Shown in pieces: positions 14,500 to 27,609 of a stretch of DNA of 64,000 nucleotides. A program made the position numbers and the translations under genes. Positions within the stretch are counted from its first letter, which is position 1, and every line of letters begins with the position of its first letter. Under the pieces are notes generated by a model that worked only from the letters and a program-made list of their open reading frames with translations, searched no databases and was not told where the DNA came from. Origin of the DNA: the human T2T-CHM13v2.0 reference genome, Homo sapiens; the NCBI RefSeq assembly GCF_009914755.1, contig NC_060926.1; one strand, given 5' to 3'.

Positions 14500-14730
14500 A
14501 ACAATAGCACCTCGCAGTTATTGACATCACATACACGTCAGTTAGTAGGTGCTTTACATATATTAATTCATTTACTCCTACAAGAAGTCTATGAAGTGGA
14601 AACTATTGTTTTTCCCATTACAGGTGAGGAAGACAGCACAAGTAACTTGCCAAAGATAAGTGGCTAATAAGTGGCAGAGCGAGGGTTTAAAGCAGGCATG
14701 AAGGTGCTGCAGCCCATGCACTTAGCCCCA
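14500..14730 (-). mobile_element. MIR element
   Basis: GTGCTTTACATATATTAATTCATTTACTCC...CCCATTACAGGTGAGGAAGAC...AAGTAACTTGCCAAAG...AAGTGGCAGAGC. Confidence 0.75.
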
Positions 14731-15284
14731 ACATCATGCTGCTCTCTGACTCACCAGCTAACCAAGTAAATAAACGACAGTGATGAGGTAAATAAACAGG
14801 ATGAGGTAAATAAAGAGGCTTACACAGTGCTCTAAAAGGATGCTTTGAAGGAAGGGAAGATCCCAACGAACCAGCCATGAGAAGAACCCTTTACAGAGGG
14901 AATAACAAGTGGCAAAGCTTCCCAAGTGAGGGTGGGGAAGAACCTGATGGGTTTTGGAACTCAAAGTTTCTTCCTCTAACGTTCACCAATTTAATCTTTC
15001 CCTACATAGAGTAAATTGAGTTCCCCTGCTATTAACATTTGTTTTGTGGATAAGTTAGTCTTTTTCTTTTTAAGAGTATTATTTAAACCATTGATCACTA
15101 ATTTCATAAGCAAACCTTTGCCTTTTAATAAAGCCTTTTGTAAAGACTATGAGTTTCGTCCTTCATCTCTGCTTCTTTTATTTTATTTTCTGTCACCTCA
15201 ACTGATGCCTTCCTCTTTCAAATAATCATGTTTGCTAAAAATTATCACCACTGATTCTTGGCAAATTAAAGGAGAGAATGAAAA

Positions 15285-15470
15285 TATATTTAGTGTCTAC
15301 TATGTGTCAAGCATCATGGAGAACATTCTAATACTTTATCTCATTTAATTCTCACACTTAAGTAAGTTGTATCACTAAATCATTTTACACATGGAGGCCC
15401 TGAGGCCTAGGGAACTTAAATTTGCCTGAGGCCACCCAGCTGGTTAGTAGCTAACCCAAGATTTGAAAAA
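15285..15470 (-). mobile_element. MIR element
   Basis: TCTCATTTAATTCTCAC...CATTTTACACATGGAGGCCCTGAGGCCTAGGG...TTGCCTGAGGCCACCCAGCTGG. Confidence 0.7.
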
Positions 15471-15474
15471 TAGG

Positions 15475-15807
<333 letters not shown>

Positions 15808-16250
15808 CTATCTATAACTCACTTGAGACGATGTGTGATCTTACCTATGGCAGTGGTTTCCTAAGACAGGGCAGGATCCTCAGTGGAGTTGAGGGCCTGA
15901 GGAAGAGGCACACTTCTTCCTCAAGGACAATCCGTACGAAAAAACAGAGAATAGAAGTTTGAAAAGGTACCCCACTTTTCACAATCCCTGTCTCTCTTTT
16001 TCCAGTTGCGAATCACTGAACGCTACCACATTTCCTTATGATACTCAGTGTTTAAGCATTTATAACAGTAACAGCAAAAATTATATAGCTGCTAATATTT
16101 ATTGAGGACCTCCTGTGTGTCTGGTGTGTTGGTTTTATTCAGTTATCCCAGAAACTCTATACCAGATGTTATTATATTCCTTAATTTACCAATAAACAAT
16201 AAAGCACATAGGAGTTTGTTGAATTTTATGGTTCCTGCTTTTTCTCCCCG

Positions 16251-16269
16251 TATCTGTATCTATCTATCT

Positions 16270-16326
<57 letters not shown>
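16251..16326. repeat. (TATC)n tetranucleotide STR, 14 perfect units at 16271-16326
   Basis: Direct reading of the tandem TATC units. Confidence 0.97.
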
Positions 16327-16329
16327 CAT

Positions 16330-16824
16330 CCATTCATCTCTGATATCAGGATATTTCCTACAATTAATGGCATCTTATAATCTCAGTCATAGCTTAGTTG
16401 TCATTGCCTATAGATGCATGCACTTGGTCATAGGTGATTGCAACATTTTACTTCAATTGTGTTATACATGCGTTGTTAGAACTATGTATGTTGAGTGTAA
16501 TTACCTTTTAAAATATTTTTCTAATTGTTGTTTCAAAATTTTGTTGACTCGTTGTGATCAAAAAACGTAAAATCAAAACTTACAGAATAAATTTCTAATA
16601 ATTTGGCTAAAAAATCCAACCTAGAGCCAATGGCATAGTACTCAAAGAAATGAAATGGCATCAGTGTTCTTGTTGGCACTCAGAATGATATTGTGTTAAA
16701 GAAAGCGAAGTGATAAGCAAGCATCATGTTATTATTTAATTAGCATTGCTTTTACTTCCTTACAAGTACATCAAATAAGCCTCAATGTTAGGATCGATGA
16801 CATCTTAAATCTGACGAAATATGA
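16330..16824 (+). mobile_element. Tc2-family (MER104/Kanga-like) DNA transposon fossil
   Basis: CATCTCTGATATCAGGAT...TACAATTAATGGCATCTTA at the left and ATCGATGACATCTTAAATCTGACGAAATATG at the right resemble MER104/Kanga ends; internal relic peptide SKK*NGISVLVGTQNDIVL at 16642-16698. Confidence 0.6.
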
Positions 16825-19669
16825 TGAACAACTTGACCAAATAAACATAGAAGATAACTGGTAATGCCTACAATCACAAGACTTGTGAAGGGTACACTAA
16901 GAGTTTAAACCTTGGTGATTCATGTCTCAGGCTCTTGATTACTGAACTATCCTGACTTTTAGTAGAGCAGTGAGAATTTTTTTTCTGTCACACATATCAC
17001 AGATGGACCAACTTATTAAAATTATCAAAAATAAAAATATTTATCATGCATTACACCTAGACAAATACTATATAACTTAGAATATGGCATAATAAAAATA
17101 CAAATTTTATCACAGTTGATTATGGTCTCAGAATAAGATAATATGCTTTCAAATAGTAATATTGATTTGACCTATTGTTAGTCTTCAAGGACAGTGATTA
17201 AAGATGGTTGCCATTTAAAAACAAAACAATGTGTCCATTCTACATGCTAGGTTCCCCTAACATTGTATTTCTTTTCCTAAGGGATGAAACTGGTGGTCCA
17301 TCAGGTAGACATACCTAGGTTTGGCACATAAAAAGTAAGCCAAAATACTCCATTATCTTATAACAAGAACAAAAAATAGCAAACAAAACTACTTAAGGAA
17401 GAGATAAAGAGTTTTCTGATGGAGGACTAGCCTTGAAATTAAATATTTCCCTATGCAAGTTGACATTTAAGTTGTATGACTTAAGAGAGATAAGAAGAAA
17501 TTGTGTGAAACATAACCTTAAATATTTTGGATCACATTTTTGTGAATTATGCAGCATTTGGCACAAGTTTTAGGAAACAGAAACACTCTGGGGTAATGAT
17601 GAGTATTTGCACACACTTTATGTGAACATGTATGCACACTAACACGGTTATATTTATGGCATAATGCACCAGATATACAGAATATGTCTATGTAAAATTG
17701 TTTTATTTGTAACATTTCCATCCTGGGACTAAATGTTGGCTCTTTAAAATTTGTTTTTATGTATGCTTCCATGCCGAACTTACAGAATATAGTTGTTGTA
17801 TAGCACAAATGTTCTAACTTTTCATGGGCACTCAAAAATGTCCTTTGAGAAGTCACCCTAGAGCATCCTTAGAAATGGCATGTTGTAGTCTGGACAGAAC
17901 AAAGCAGCAAAAAGAAATAAGATGAAACTATGTTATCATTGGCTCTCCTTTAAACATACGAAAAACTCTCAGAAGAGATAATGTGCTGTAGGGAAAAGCT
18001 CTGTGTGGGCACAGGGTGTGCACAGTGACCTAATGGGCCTTTTCCATCTCTAATTCCTGTGATACTGCAGATCTAAGAGATGGAGCTGGTAATTGCTTAC
18101 AACATAACAGATATGTAGAGATATGTACATATATTTTTTCCTCTTCCTCTCCTTCCCCCCACCTTCCCTGGAGTTCAGCTGAGAGTCTCTTTAAACAAAC
18201 AAAAACTGTGAGAAACTAAGAGAAGTCAGAGACTGGCCTGCTTTTTAGAGGCAGAATGTGGAAAGTATGAAGATGCTAATTTGACTGCAAAGGCTGGAAA
18301 GCAAAGGGACCTGAGCCATTTATACTACAGGCAGTAGTTAAAAAGAGGGAAAAAAAAAAACCTTGAAAAAAATGGGTGTAACCCTGGGCTTTGATACAAC
18401 TGGCCTTTCGGCCCCCACTTGAGATTTGCACATCCCCAAGGGAAGCTGTGGTTTGGAATAAGATGGTGCATTTAATTTCACTCAGAGAACTTATTGGACT
18501 TGGCACCAAAAGAAAGAATTTGAAGTATATTTTTTGTCATGATTAGTGGCCCCCTCACCACAACATTTGATTATTTTGGAAAGGGAAAAGTTAAATCCTT
18601 GTAAAGTTGTGATTTACAATTTGCAAGCATCCAGGTAGGGAGTTTGACTTCTGCCAGCTTGATCATGGGATCCACATTTGATTCTAGCTCATTGATGTTT
18701 ACAAAACAGTTCTGTGGGGGGAAATAGAGTTGGAATTATATCCCTTGATTATCCTGGGTGATTTTCTCTCCACACTACATCTTTTCTCATTCACGATGAT
18801 TTTGGTCTCTTCTGGAACTCATTGCAAGAAACTGGCATGTGGCTGGTTTGCTTTTTGTTTCTAATCTGCAGTATCTGGTATTTTTATCATGTGATTCCTT
18901 TGCCCTCACAGTTATGTAAATCTTGAGGCAAAGGAGTTAAAAGGAGTTTCTAATTTTATACCTGAAAATAGCTTTCACTGGATGTTTTTTCTCAAGCTTT
19001 ATAATTAAGATTGGAGATCTCGTGGGTATTTTAATACGTACTCAAATATGTCCAAACAGCCAGAGGGGAAGTGAATGACCAACTGGGTAGGCTGATGAAT
19101 ATTTTCCTGGTAAATGCATAACTTTCCCCACAACTGTGATGCTTTATCCTTTGACATTAAGAATGCTGTTTGCAGAAGTAACATTCCTTTGAACACTCAG
19201 CTTTCTGAAATGGTGTCCCACCGCAAGGACTGGAGAAGGGTGAGTTTGAGCTCAACGCTGGAGTAACAGCCAGGCAAATTAGGTTCTGTCCTAATGTCTA
19301 ACATGGAAGTATGGTCAGTCAGGTCTTGAAATAAATCTTAAGGTAGACTTAAAAATAATAAATTCCACCTTTTCTACTACTTTTGAATTTTTTGGGTCTA
19401 TTTCTAGTTGAATTTGGGCTTGTTGGAAAACTGTCTCGAGTATTTGGGCAGTGAGTTTTCACCACGCTTCCTAAGTGAAAGCAGTTTGCTGAATAATGTC
19501 AATATAGCAATGTTAGTGGTATTGCTGGCAGAGGAAAAATGCTTTTTACTCTCATTCTGGACTTGAGCAGGAGATAAAGATAAATTCAAAAGTTTTATTG
19601 GTACTTCGGAAGTGCTATACTTGTCCTGATTTGAGCATGGTGGTCAGGCATGGATGATTGATGGCAAAG

Positions 19670-19870
19670 AGGCTAGGTTCCAGTCCCAGCTGGTGGTGAA
19701 ACCTTGGGCAAATGATTGATCTTCCCTAAGCCTCAGTTTTCTCATCTGTAAGATGGAGTAAGTCTTCTGCAAGATGGAGTAAGTACTTCATTTAGTTGTT
19801 GAGGGAATGTAAATATATTATTAACTGTTGGCACATAGTACAGATTCAATAATTATTAGCTATTATTGCT
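19670..19870 (+). mobile_element. MIR element with an internal 21-bp-period tandem duplication
   Basis: ACCTTGGGCAAATGATTGATCTTCCCTAAGCCTCAGTTTTCTCATCTGTAAGATGG core; TCTG(T/C)AAGATGGAGTAAGT occurs twice at about 19745-19784. Confidence 0.85.
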
Positions 19871-20217
19871 GTTTGTTATTGACCTCATCAGCAGCATGTT
19901 TCCTGGCTATCTGTTCTGGTAAATTTAGATTCATATTCTCTGTGGAGGTGAAATATGAAATCAGCTTTCTCTTTCTACTCTCACTGAGTTAATGACAGTA
20001 AATCAACGACAGCTTTCTTATTCAACCCTACCTTTGCAAAGCTATTGAAAAATTTGAATTAAAAGCCAATTAATCCTGTATTAATGAGGTCTCTTTCAAT
20101 TGACGGAGATAAAAAGTCAACTCAATCTCTCTTTTATATTTTCTTATGTTTCCAGGAATTCTGTCCTGTGGACTCTTTTCTTCCCTTGCCACATCTCTCC
20201 TCCCCTTGCTCGTTTTC

Positions 20218-20239
20218 CTCTCTCTCTCTCTCTCACACA

Positions 20240-20288
<49 letters not shown>
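20218..20288. repeat. compound (CT)n(CA)n microsatellite
   Basis: About 8 CT units followed by a CA tract with more than 20 uninterrupted units. Confidence 0.97.
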
Positions 20289-20290
<2 letters not shown>

Positions 20291-20488
20291 TTTTAATCTC
20301 TCTCCCTCCCTTTTCCAGGACTTACTTTCCTGTATGATGGATTCATTTTAAACAAGCTGTCTCCACATGATGGCAAATATCATGATGGCAAATATGATGC
20401 TGAATATCTGTAATGGATATACATTAACAGGTTACTACTGTGCCCTATTTTTTTCTACATGTACTATTCTTTATATGGGAATAATTTT

Positions 20489-21089
20489 TTTTTCCCAGTG
20501 AATATCTTTATTACTATTTTTCTTTATTTCTTGTAAAAAATGGGATACATGTGCAGAACATGCAGGTTTGTTACGTAGGTATACGTGTGCCATGGTGGTT
20601 TGCTGCACCTATTGACCCGTCCTCTAAGTTCCCTCCCCTCATCCCCCATCCCCCTGGTGTGTGATGTTCCCTTCCCTGTGTCCATGTGTTCTCAATGTTC
20701 AACTCCCACTTATGAGTGAGAATATGCAGTTTTTGATTTTCTATTTCTGTGTTAGATTACTGAGGATAATGGCTTCCAGCTTCATCCATGTCCCTGCAAA
20801 GGACATGATCTCATTCATTTTTATCGCTGCATGGTATTCCATGGAGTATATGTACCACATTTTCTTCATTCAATCTATCATTGATGGGCATTTGGGTTGG
20901 TTCCACGTCTTTGCGATTGTAAATAGTGCTGCAATAAATATATCTGTGCATGTGTCTTTATAGTAGAATGATTTATAATCCTTTGGGTATATACCCAGTA
21001 ATGGGATTGCTGGGTCAAATGGTATTTCACATTCTAGATCCTTGAGGAATCACCATACTGTCTTCCACAGTGGTTGAAGTAATTTACAT
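20489..21089 (-). mobile_element. 5'-truncated L1PA8-like insertion (about 0.6 kb) with a perfect 19-bp TSD
   Basis: L1 3'UTR and ORF2-end sequence (GGGATACATGTGCAGAACATGCAGG, ACCTATTGACCCGTCCTCTAAGTTCCC, GGGTATATACCCAGTAATGGGATTGCTGGGTCAAATGG); TTTATATGGGAATAATTTT at 20470-20488 and 21090-21108. Confidence 0.93.
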
Positions 21090-21761
21090 TTTATATGGGA
21101 ATAATTTTGTAATGCACTTGCCTAAAATAATGTGACACTCCTGTCTCCTATAAACATATTTACCCCTTCCAAAGGAGAAATAAAGCTAAATCTTGCCCTG
21201 TTACTGCTTCTCAGGTGTATCTTCAGGATCTTTGAGGGGTATATATTTGCCTTGAGTTTGATTCTGATGTGGAAATTCCATGGTTCACTCACTGAGTGCT
21301 TAATGGTATTTTCTAGTATCCCCTCCATAGATGATAGAGCAGGAAGGAGAGGATAAATTTATTAAAACTACCATTTAGAAAAAGAGAGAAAGGGAAACAA
21401 CTTACAATGGTCTGGAGTTTTTGGCATATATCATATTCTTTTGGACTGGAGTAGCAGGACTGCTCTCTTCCGGTAGTAGAGAGCTTTCCATGGTCCCCCA
21501 GTCTGGCTGCCCTAAGATCTGCTTTCTGAAAGATGTCTCTTGTCCATTGTGTCATAGCCTTATCTGAGAGGGACAAAGGTCCTTGTGCCATGACAAAGTG
21601 GCTTTAGCAGCTCATGTCATCCTCATAGGAGCCAGTAACTAGGGGACTGACTCAGGGGTTGGCAATTCCTAGCTCTTTGCCAATTTTGAGTTTCTTTGAT
21701 AAATACCTTTAAAAACCTAAGGAGTCTTCCTGCCTATTTTTTTTAACTTTAAGGGCTTCTA

Positions 21762-22075
21762 CATATTATTGATTCTAAGACGCACATTTTCTTTTTTAAA
21801 AATTTATTTTTTATTCCAATAGGATTTTAGGGAGAAGGTGGTGTTTGGTTATATGCGTAAGTTCTCTAGTGGTGATTTCTGAGATTTTGGTGCACCCATC
21901 ACCCAAGCAGTGTACACTGTACCCAAGTAGTGTTTTATTTCTCACCCACCTCCCACCCTTTGTCACGAGTCCCCAAAGTCCGTTGTATAAGATGTACATT
22001 TTCTTTTCACCTTTTAACATTTCTGAACTTGGGAAGTGTGTTACAATCAGTAGTGGCTTAGATAAGAAAAAGTAA
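21762..22075 (+). mobile_element. MER104-like Tc2 MITE split by an L1PB fragment
   Basis: ATTGATTCTAAGACGCACATTTT before the L1; TTTTAACATTTCTGAACTTGGGAAGTGTGTTACAATCAG after it. Confidence 0.6.
21796..21987 (-). mobile_element. L1PB-type 3' end (about 190 bp) with a 20-bp TSD
   Basis: GGTGGTGTTTGGTTATATG...TAGTGGTGATTTCTGAGATTTTGGTGCACCCATCACCC...GAGTCCCCAAAGTCC; TSD TAAGA(CGC/TGT)ACATTTTCTTTT at 21776-21795 and 21988-22007. Confidence 0.88.
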
Positions 22076-23104
22076 ATTAGTTCCTAAATCTAGTGAATGC
22101 TGGTGTCAAGGGCTAGATTCTAGACCCTGGTCTAGGTGTACCTTCTTTCAGTAAGAGCCTTGACATTTTGCTCACACCTTCCCTACCACCCGTGCTGGCA
22201 ATGAATGCACTAAAAAGGGCAAAAGCCACTTGTATAAAATTCATTGGTTAGAGTGGCTAAGAAGTGGGTGGGACATGATAGGCAAAGTGAAACACATTAA
22301 CGTACCTATGAATTACCTTCATGATATTTCATATTTAACTATTTACTGTTGTAAGTATTTCTGATATTCATCAATATCATTTACATTAGTATTGACATCA
22401 TGTAGCATATTGGCTACATTCTCTTTCAAAACATCTCTTGATACCGCTCACATAAATACAATGAAGCTTGTATTCGATTCACGTGGTTATGATGGAACCT
22501 GACATTTGAAAAATTTCCACGTGCTAGTAAATTCACCAGTGTGGTCTCTCTTTATTTATAATCTCTATGGAAGTATTGTCATTTCTGTGTTTTTTTATTG
22601 TGTGTGCATTTGTTTTTGTTTTCTTTTAGTTAACATCAGCAAAATCCATGTAGTCTTTTGCAGATTCAGTCTATTCTCAGATGACTGTTGGATTTAGTAT
22701 ATCTCCAAAGCGCAGAGTTTAGACACGTTGCTGACAAAGGCAGCATCACATCAGTCTTCTTTTCATCCAGCCCTCTCAGTTCTGTATCTATTTACTGTGC
22801 CCACTTCCTTTCCAGTCTGCACTTCAGTAACTCAGTACCTTTCCATTCCTTAAAGGACACCGCTATCAAAACCCTCATCAAGAAGTAGGCCTGGCACTCA
22901 TTACTGTCACTTTGAAATGAATTAATGTCAAGTCTAGTTGTGCTTTCATTTTACACTAAGACATTTAGGAAAACTATTTCTCAGTGAACAGATTGAAGGA
23001 GTAGACTTCACCCTTTTCCCCGGAAGTATGTCTAGTGAAAATACTACTTACACCGATTAAAAATAAAGTTGATCTTAGAAGATGGGTTAGGTGAAGACAT
23101 AGAT

Positions 23105-23270
23105 CAGTGCTTAGCAAGCTTAATCGTGAAAATTATCTTGAGCATTTAAAAAATGTAGTTTCCTGGGCCCAGTTCCAGACTCATCGGGTCAGCCTCTCAG
23201 GAATAAGGTCTTGAGAATGGTATTTTTAATGAGCTCCCCAGGCAGTTCTTGTGACCAGGCAAGTTGTTAT
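23105..23270. mobile_element. MER5B-like DNA transposon fossil
   Basis: TTCCTGGGCCC...CAGACTC...TATTTTTAATGAGCTCCCCAGGCAGTTCTTGTGACCAGGCAAGTTG. Confidence 0.6.
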
Positions 23271-26200
23271 AAAATAAGCCAATAACAGGAGAGGATGTAA
23301 ACATAAGAGAACACAGTGGATGTCACAAGATACGACATGGCATGCAAAAGGGTAAAACTTTGATCTATGTTTTTCAAGCACATATATAGTTCGTATAATC
23401 ACTGAAATTGTATTGCTTCTCTTAGAATTTATCTTTCCTATATCGTAAAACTTTAATACATCCAAGAGGTAGAAGGTTGCATGCATGCTGTTTGAAACCA
23501 GGGAGAATAAATAAGACTAAATCCCACAAGCTACAAATACAGAGATTCTATGGAATCCAGATATGCTGCTACATCCAGATACATAAACAAAATCCATTGA
23601 CCTTGTTTTTCTCCTGCATAGTAACTTGACTCCAAATTTAGCATTTCTTTCCTTTCTTCATTTACTTGGGTCTTTCTAATATGAAGTTATTCCACAAGTG
23701 ATTTTATTACTTTAGGGAAGGGCACTTTTATAGGTAAAATGATGAAAATCATAATCTCTAATAACTTTGTACTATTTAATATTTCTGTATTTAGGAACTA
23801 AATTAAAAGTGTTCCAACATCAATTTTTAAATTAAATTACCATCTATCCAGGTGATATTGAAATGATTAAAATGTATTTCTTTACACAATTTAGACAGTG
23901 CTGAGTTGCAAATATCTTGGCAGAGGGATAAAACTAGGATAATCAAAGGTGTTGACAAAAGATTTATTCTAAAGTATGATGGTCCCTTTTTAAACGAAAC
24001 CTTTTTATGGCAAGTATTCATAACACTTGTCATTCATTCAACATTTCTGATGTAATTACTTAATTTGTTTTTAAATGTACACTAAGCTTAGGGGCATAAA
24101 TTTTATATTCCATTTAGTCTCTGGTTTATAAATCTGTGGCCAGTTACTAGTGGCATTTTTGTTAGCCTGAAAAAAGAGACTGAACTGCTCAAGGTCTGAG
24201 ATCATCTGTCCTATGGTTTTCCAGATCTCCTCGTGTAAGGATTTGTGAACCCAGCAAAGAGAAAGAGTTAAGCCTATTCTCCTAGTTGGCAGAAACTTTG
24301 TAGTTTAAAATTACATACTGACTCTGGTGTAGAGACACAAGAAATTATAGAGCAGACACTGTCCAGGACAACGTATAATTTAAAATGTACTAAGGAATGT
24401 ATGCCGCATGGCAAAGTAAGTGAAGTGCTTCTTCAGATATAAGTGTTTTGCATAGAAAGGCAGTAATTATCCACTCCTAGGGAAATGTTTGCATTCATTC
24501 TAAATCAATATTTACTATTCATTTCTTGTGTTCAACAGAACAGGGATTTAACTTTTTTTAAATTTTAATGAAGCACTAAGACTGCAATAATTCTACAATG
24601 TAATTGTCTTGATATGAAATATTGCTAAATGGTGTTGCTATTTCGGGAAAGAGCAGTGTGAAATGGAAGGGTATCCCTGTTTGTGAAATGTTACTTTAGG
24701 AACATTCAATTCAAACTCAGCCGAGCAGGGCGACTCACCCGTTTTCAAAGATAACTTAAGCTGTCTCCTTGGTAAGGCCCTAAACTAGGTTCATTTAGAT
24801 GAGTCTTTGCCTTTATATATATATTTTTTCTCCTAACACACTCTTTCCTCGTAATGATTCTGTTTCAATTCAACTGTTCCCTTTTGGGTGTGTGTGTGTG
24901 TGTGAGAGAGAAACTCCTCTATAAATTGGAACTTTTATTTATTTTTTCCTGCAGAAAGAAAATATTTCTTGCCCCCTTCCCCTCCAAATTCCCCCTGGCT
25001 TTTTAGTTCAAAAGGACCTTAAAGAAAATGTTGGAGGAAAATATAAGAAAATAGGGCACATGAATACATATTCTGAGACAAGACTCAAGGTCTCCAGCAC
25101 ATTTTTATTTATGGAGCTTATGATCTGATCATTCTATGACTTTTCCTTAGAAAATGACTATAATTTTTTATTATGGAGTCCGAAAAAGAACTGGACAATA
25201 TAACAATATGTTATATTACAACATGAATACTCCTTTTCTTGGCCACAGAAACAATAACGGCTTTGCCACTGAGTTTCAGTCAGGACAGAGCCCATCGTGC
25301 ACGCTATTACATTACCAAATGCCACATAAATGCTCAGGTTTCTGTGAGCAAATATTTTTGTCTTCTACTTTTATGTGTAATTTTGAACTCATCGTTTTCT
25401 GTTCTTTTTCCTTTGCTTTTTCATTCCTGTTTTGGGTAAGGTCAAGGAAACGTCTCTTTGAAAATCTCACCATTCCCATGAGGTTTTTCAGATTTTTATA
25501 TTGATCATCTATTTGATATTACAATTTAATACAAATTATATATTTTCAGATTCACAGATTCTATAGTGTCTCAATGTTAAAATGAGATTGAGAGTAGAGA
25601 AGGAGCCAAAAGTAAATGATATACCTTTACAATTTTATCACATAGTTCCTTTGGCTGCTCTGACTTTAAAATATTCGTAGAACAGCAGTGCAGATGGGTC
25701 TGCACTAACATTCCCTCTCTTTGCCTTCCTGCCATTCATAATTCATGTGAGCTCTTTGAGTGAATTACTCTTTGGTATGCACTCTGGGGACAAATAGTAT
25801 CATTTATGTATTGTGATTGCTACTCTATTTTATCTTCCTTTTTATTGACAAGAAACAAGGGTGTTGCTTGTAGTTATGAAAGTAAATTGGGTGCAGAAAT
25901 TGTCCTTCTCTTTCTGAGAGAGGCACCTTCTTTCTGCAGGAAGTGCTATTGTAAACTGTACTGTTATAAATGGTGTGTTAGTTCTCAAGATATTCCTATC
26001 TCAGTGTATGAAGCAACAAAGTGTTGCTTTAGCATTCAGTAGAGAGAGCCAATGGAAAAGCAGGCCGTTAAGGACACGTTCCTAAAGTCTGGAAAATCAA
26101 TGGGACACTAAAAAGGGAACTGAAGTGGACCGGAAGGAACCTCTTGAGGGTCATTTAAAGAACCAGAAACTGATTATGAACACAGCTTTTAACCAGGGAA

Positions 26201-27609
26201 CTGGAGGGGGCCAGCAAACCCATTCTTCTGCACTCCAGTTAAATATCTAATAGTTGAGATGTTTTCTGCACAGCCCATAAAGGATAATGAGGAAGGCTTT
26301 GATAGCCTTAAAGAAAGTCACTCTGTGGCCTCTCACAAAAACATGATCTGAGTATGAGTGGCAAATGCATGCAGACCCCAAAATAAACAGAGGCAATACC
26401 AGCTAGGTAAGATAGTTACTTTGTTGATTTCATAGGAGAGGGGTCCTAATAGAACTTTGTGCCTGAAGAAAAATAAAAGTAAGGAATGTCAGAATGTAAA
26501 ATCTGAGATCTCACTTACTTAAGCAGAGACCTTCTAGAGACCTTGAAATTTTCAGTAATTTTACCTCTACATGGTGACTATTTCATGTAGGTTAAATTAA
26601 GGATTAACCTGCATTCTTTATTTTATTATACTGTATTTTTGGGGTGAAGAATTATCCCTTATATTAAGGGATTAAATAATATTGGGGTTAAAATATTTTT
26701 ATATTAGTCCTCTCAAATTGCAATCAGTTCTGAGTTAATCTTCTATAATTCCTATCTTTACCCTCTAGTTCCAGCAAAGATAGACTTTGTGAATAATTTT
26801 TTAAAAAGAAGAACATTTGTGTTGACACATTTATATTCTTTGATAATGAAAAAAATAGTTTTGTTAACTGTTCTTTTTATGATGCCTTTGCTACTCTTAG
26901 CAAAAGTCTATTAAAAAGAGAAACCTTAACATCCTCTCCTATGGCACTGAAGACACTTGCACTGACCTTGTATTCACTCTTTCAGAATGAGACATTTACA
27001 TTGAATAAGAAAATAGTTGAATACTTTCATTCACAGATACAGTTTGTTACATTGTTAGTGGGCTAGTCCACCTAGAATGAAGCAATGCTGTCTCCTGGAC
27101 TCCAGGCCATAATTGATCAGTCAGTCAATTACTTAACAGACATTGCACACCTTCTTGGCATGGCATTCCAAACAACTATTGAGAGTTAGCTGAAGCAGGA
27201 CAGCTTCAAACAGAATAGAGAACCATCCGTGCTCCAAGACTCTCCTTATTTAACTCACACTTGACCAAAATCTACTGCATTATAGTGTTATGTCTGAAAA
27301 TGTGGCCTTCCATAAGAATCAAATAATTATACTCTTTGAATAGATTCTGTAAGAAAGAAAAGGGCTCTGAAAGTGCAAGGAGTATCCTCAACTAATCATC
27401 GAAAGCCTAGTGCTTACATTTACATGAGTATACAGGCTGTGTATCCTGGTGCTGCAATCCTGGAAGACTGACACGCATATGGCAGGGAGGGTTACCAAAT
27501 CAAACCTGGTCATCACTCACACCTGGGCATGTTTCAGTCCCCAGTGGGGTCCAGTGCAGTATCATTCATGGTTAGGTGCCTCCTTTTACAATTACTTCAC
27601 TGTTTATGT

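Noticed and set aside
19176-19239. Possible 64-nt exon (TTTGCAG/AAG...AGG/GTGAGT)
   Set aside because: Good donor but poor polypyrimidine tract, and no peptide similarity; not supportable without RNA data
20366-20395. 15-bp tandem duplication CATGATGGCAAATAT twice (similar small duplications near 2284, 19745, 31065 and 31622)
   Set aside because: Ordinary two-copy slippage duplications; no spacer-repeat periodicity, so not CRISPR-like or a minisatellite array
20661-20963. 100-aa ORF MMFPSLCPCV...
   Set aside because: Antisense reading of the L1PA8-type 3' region
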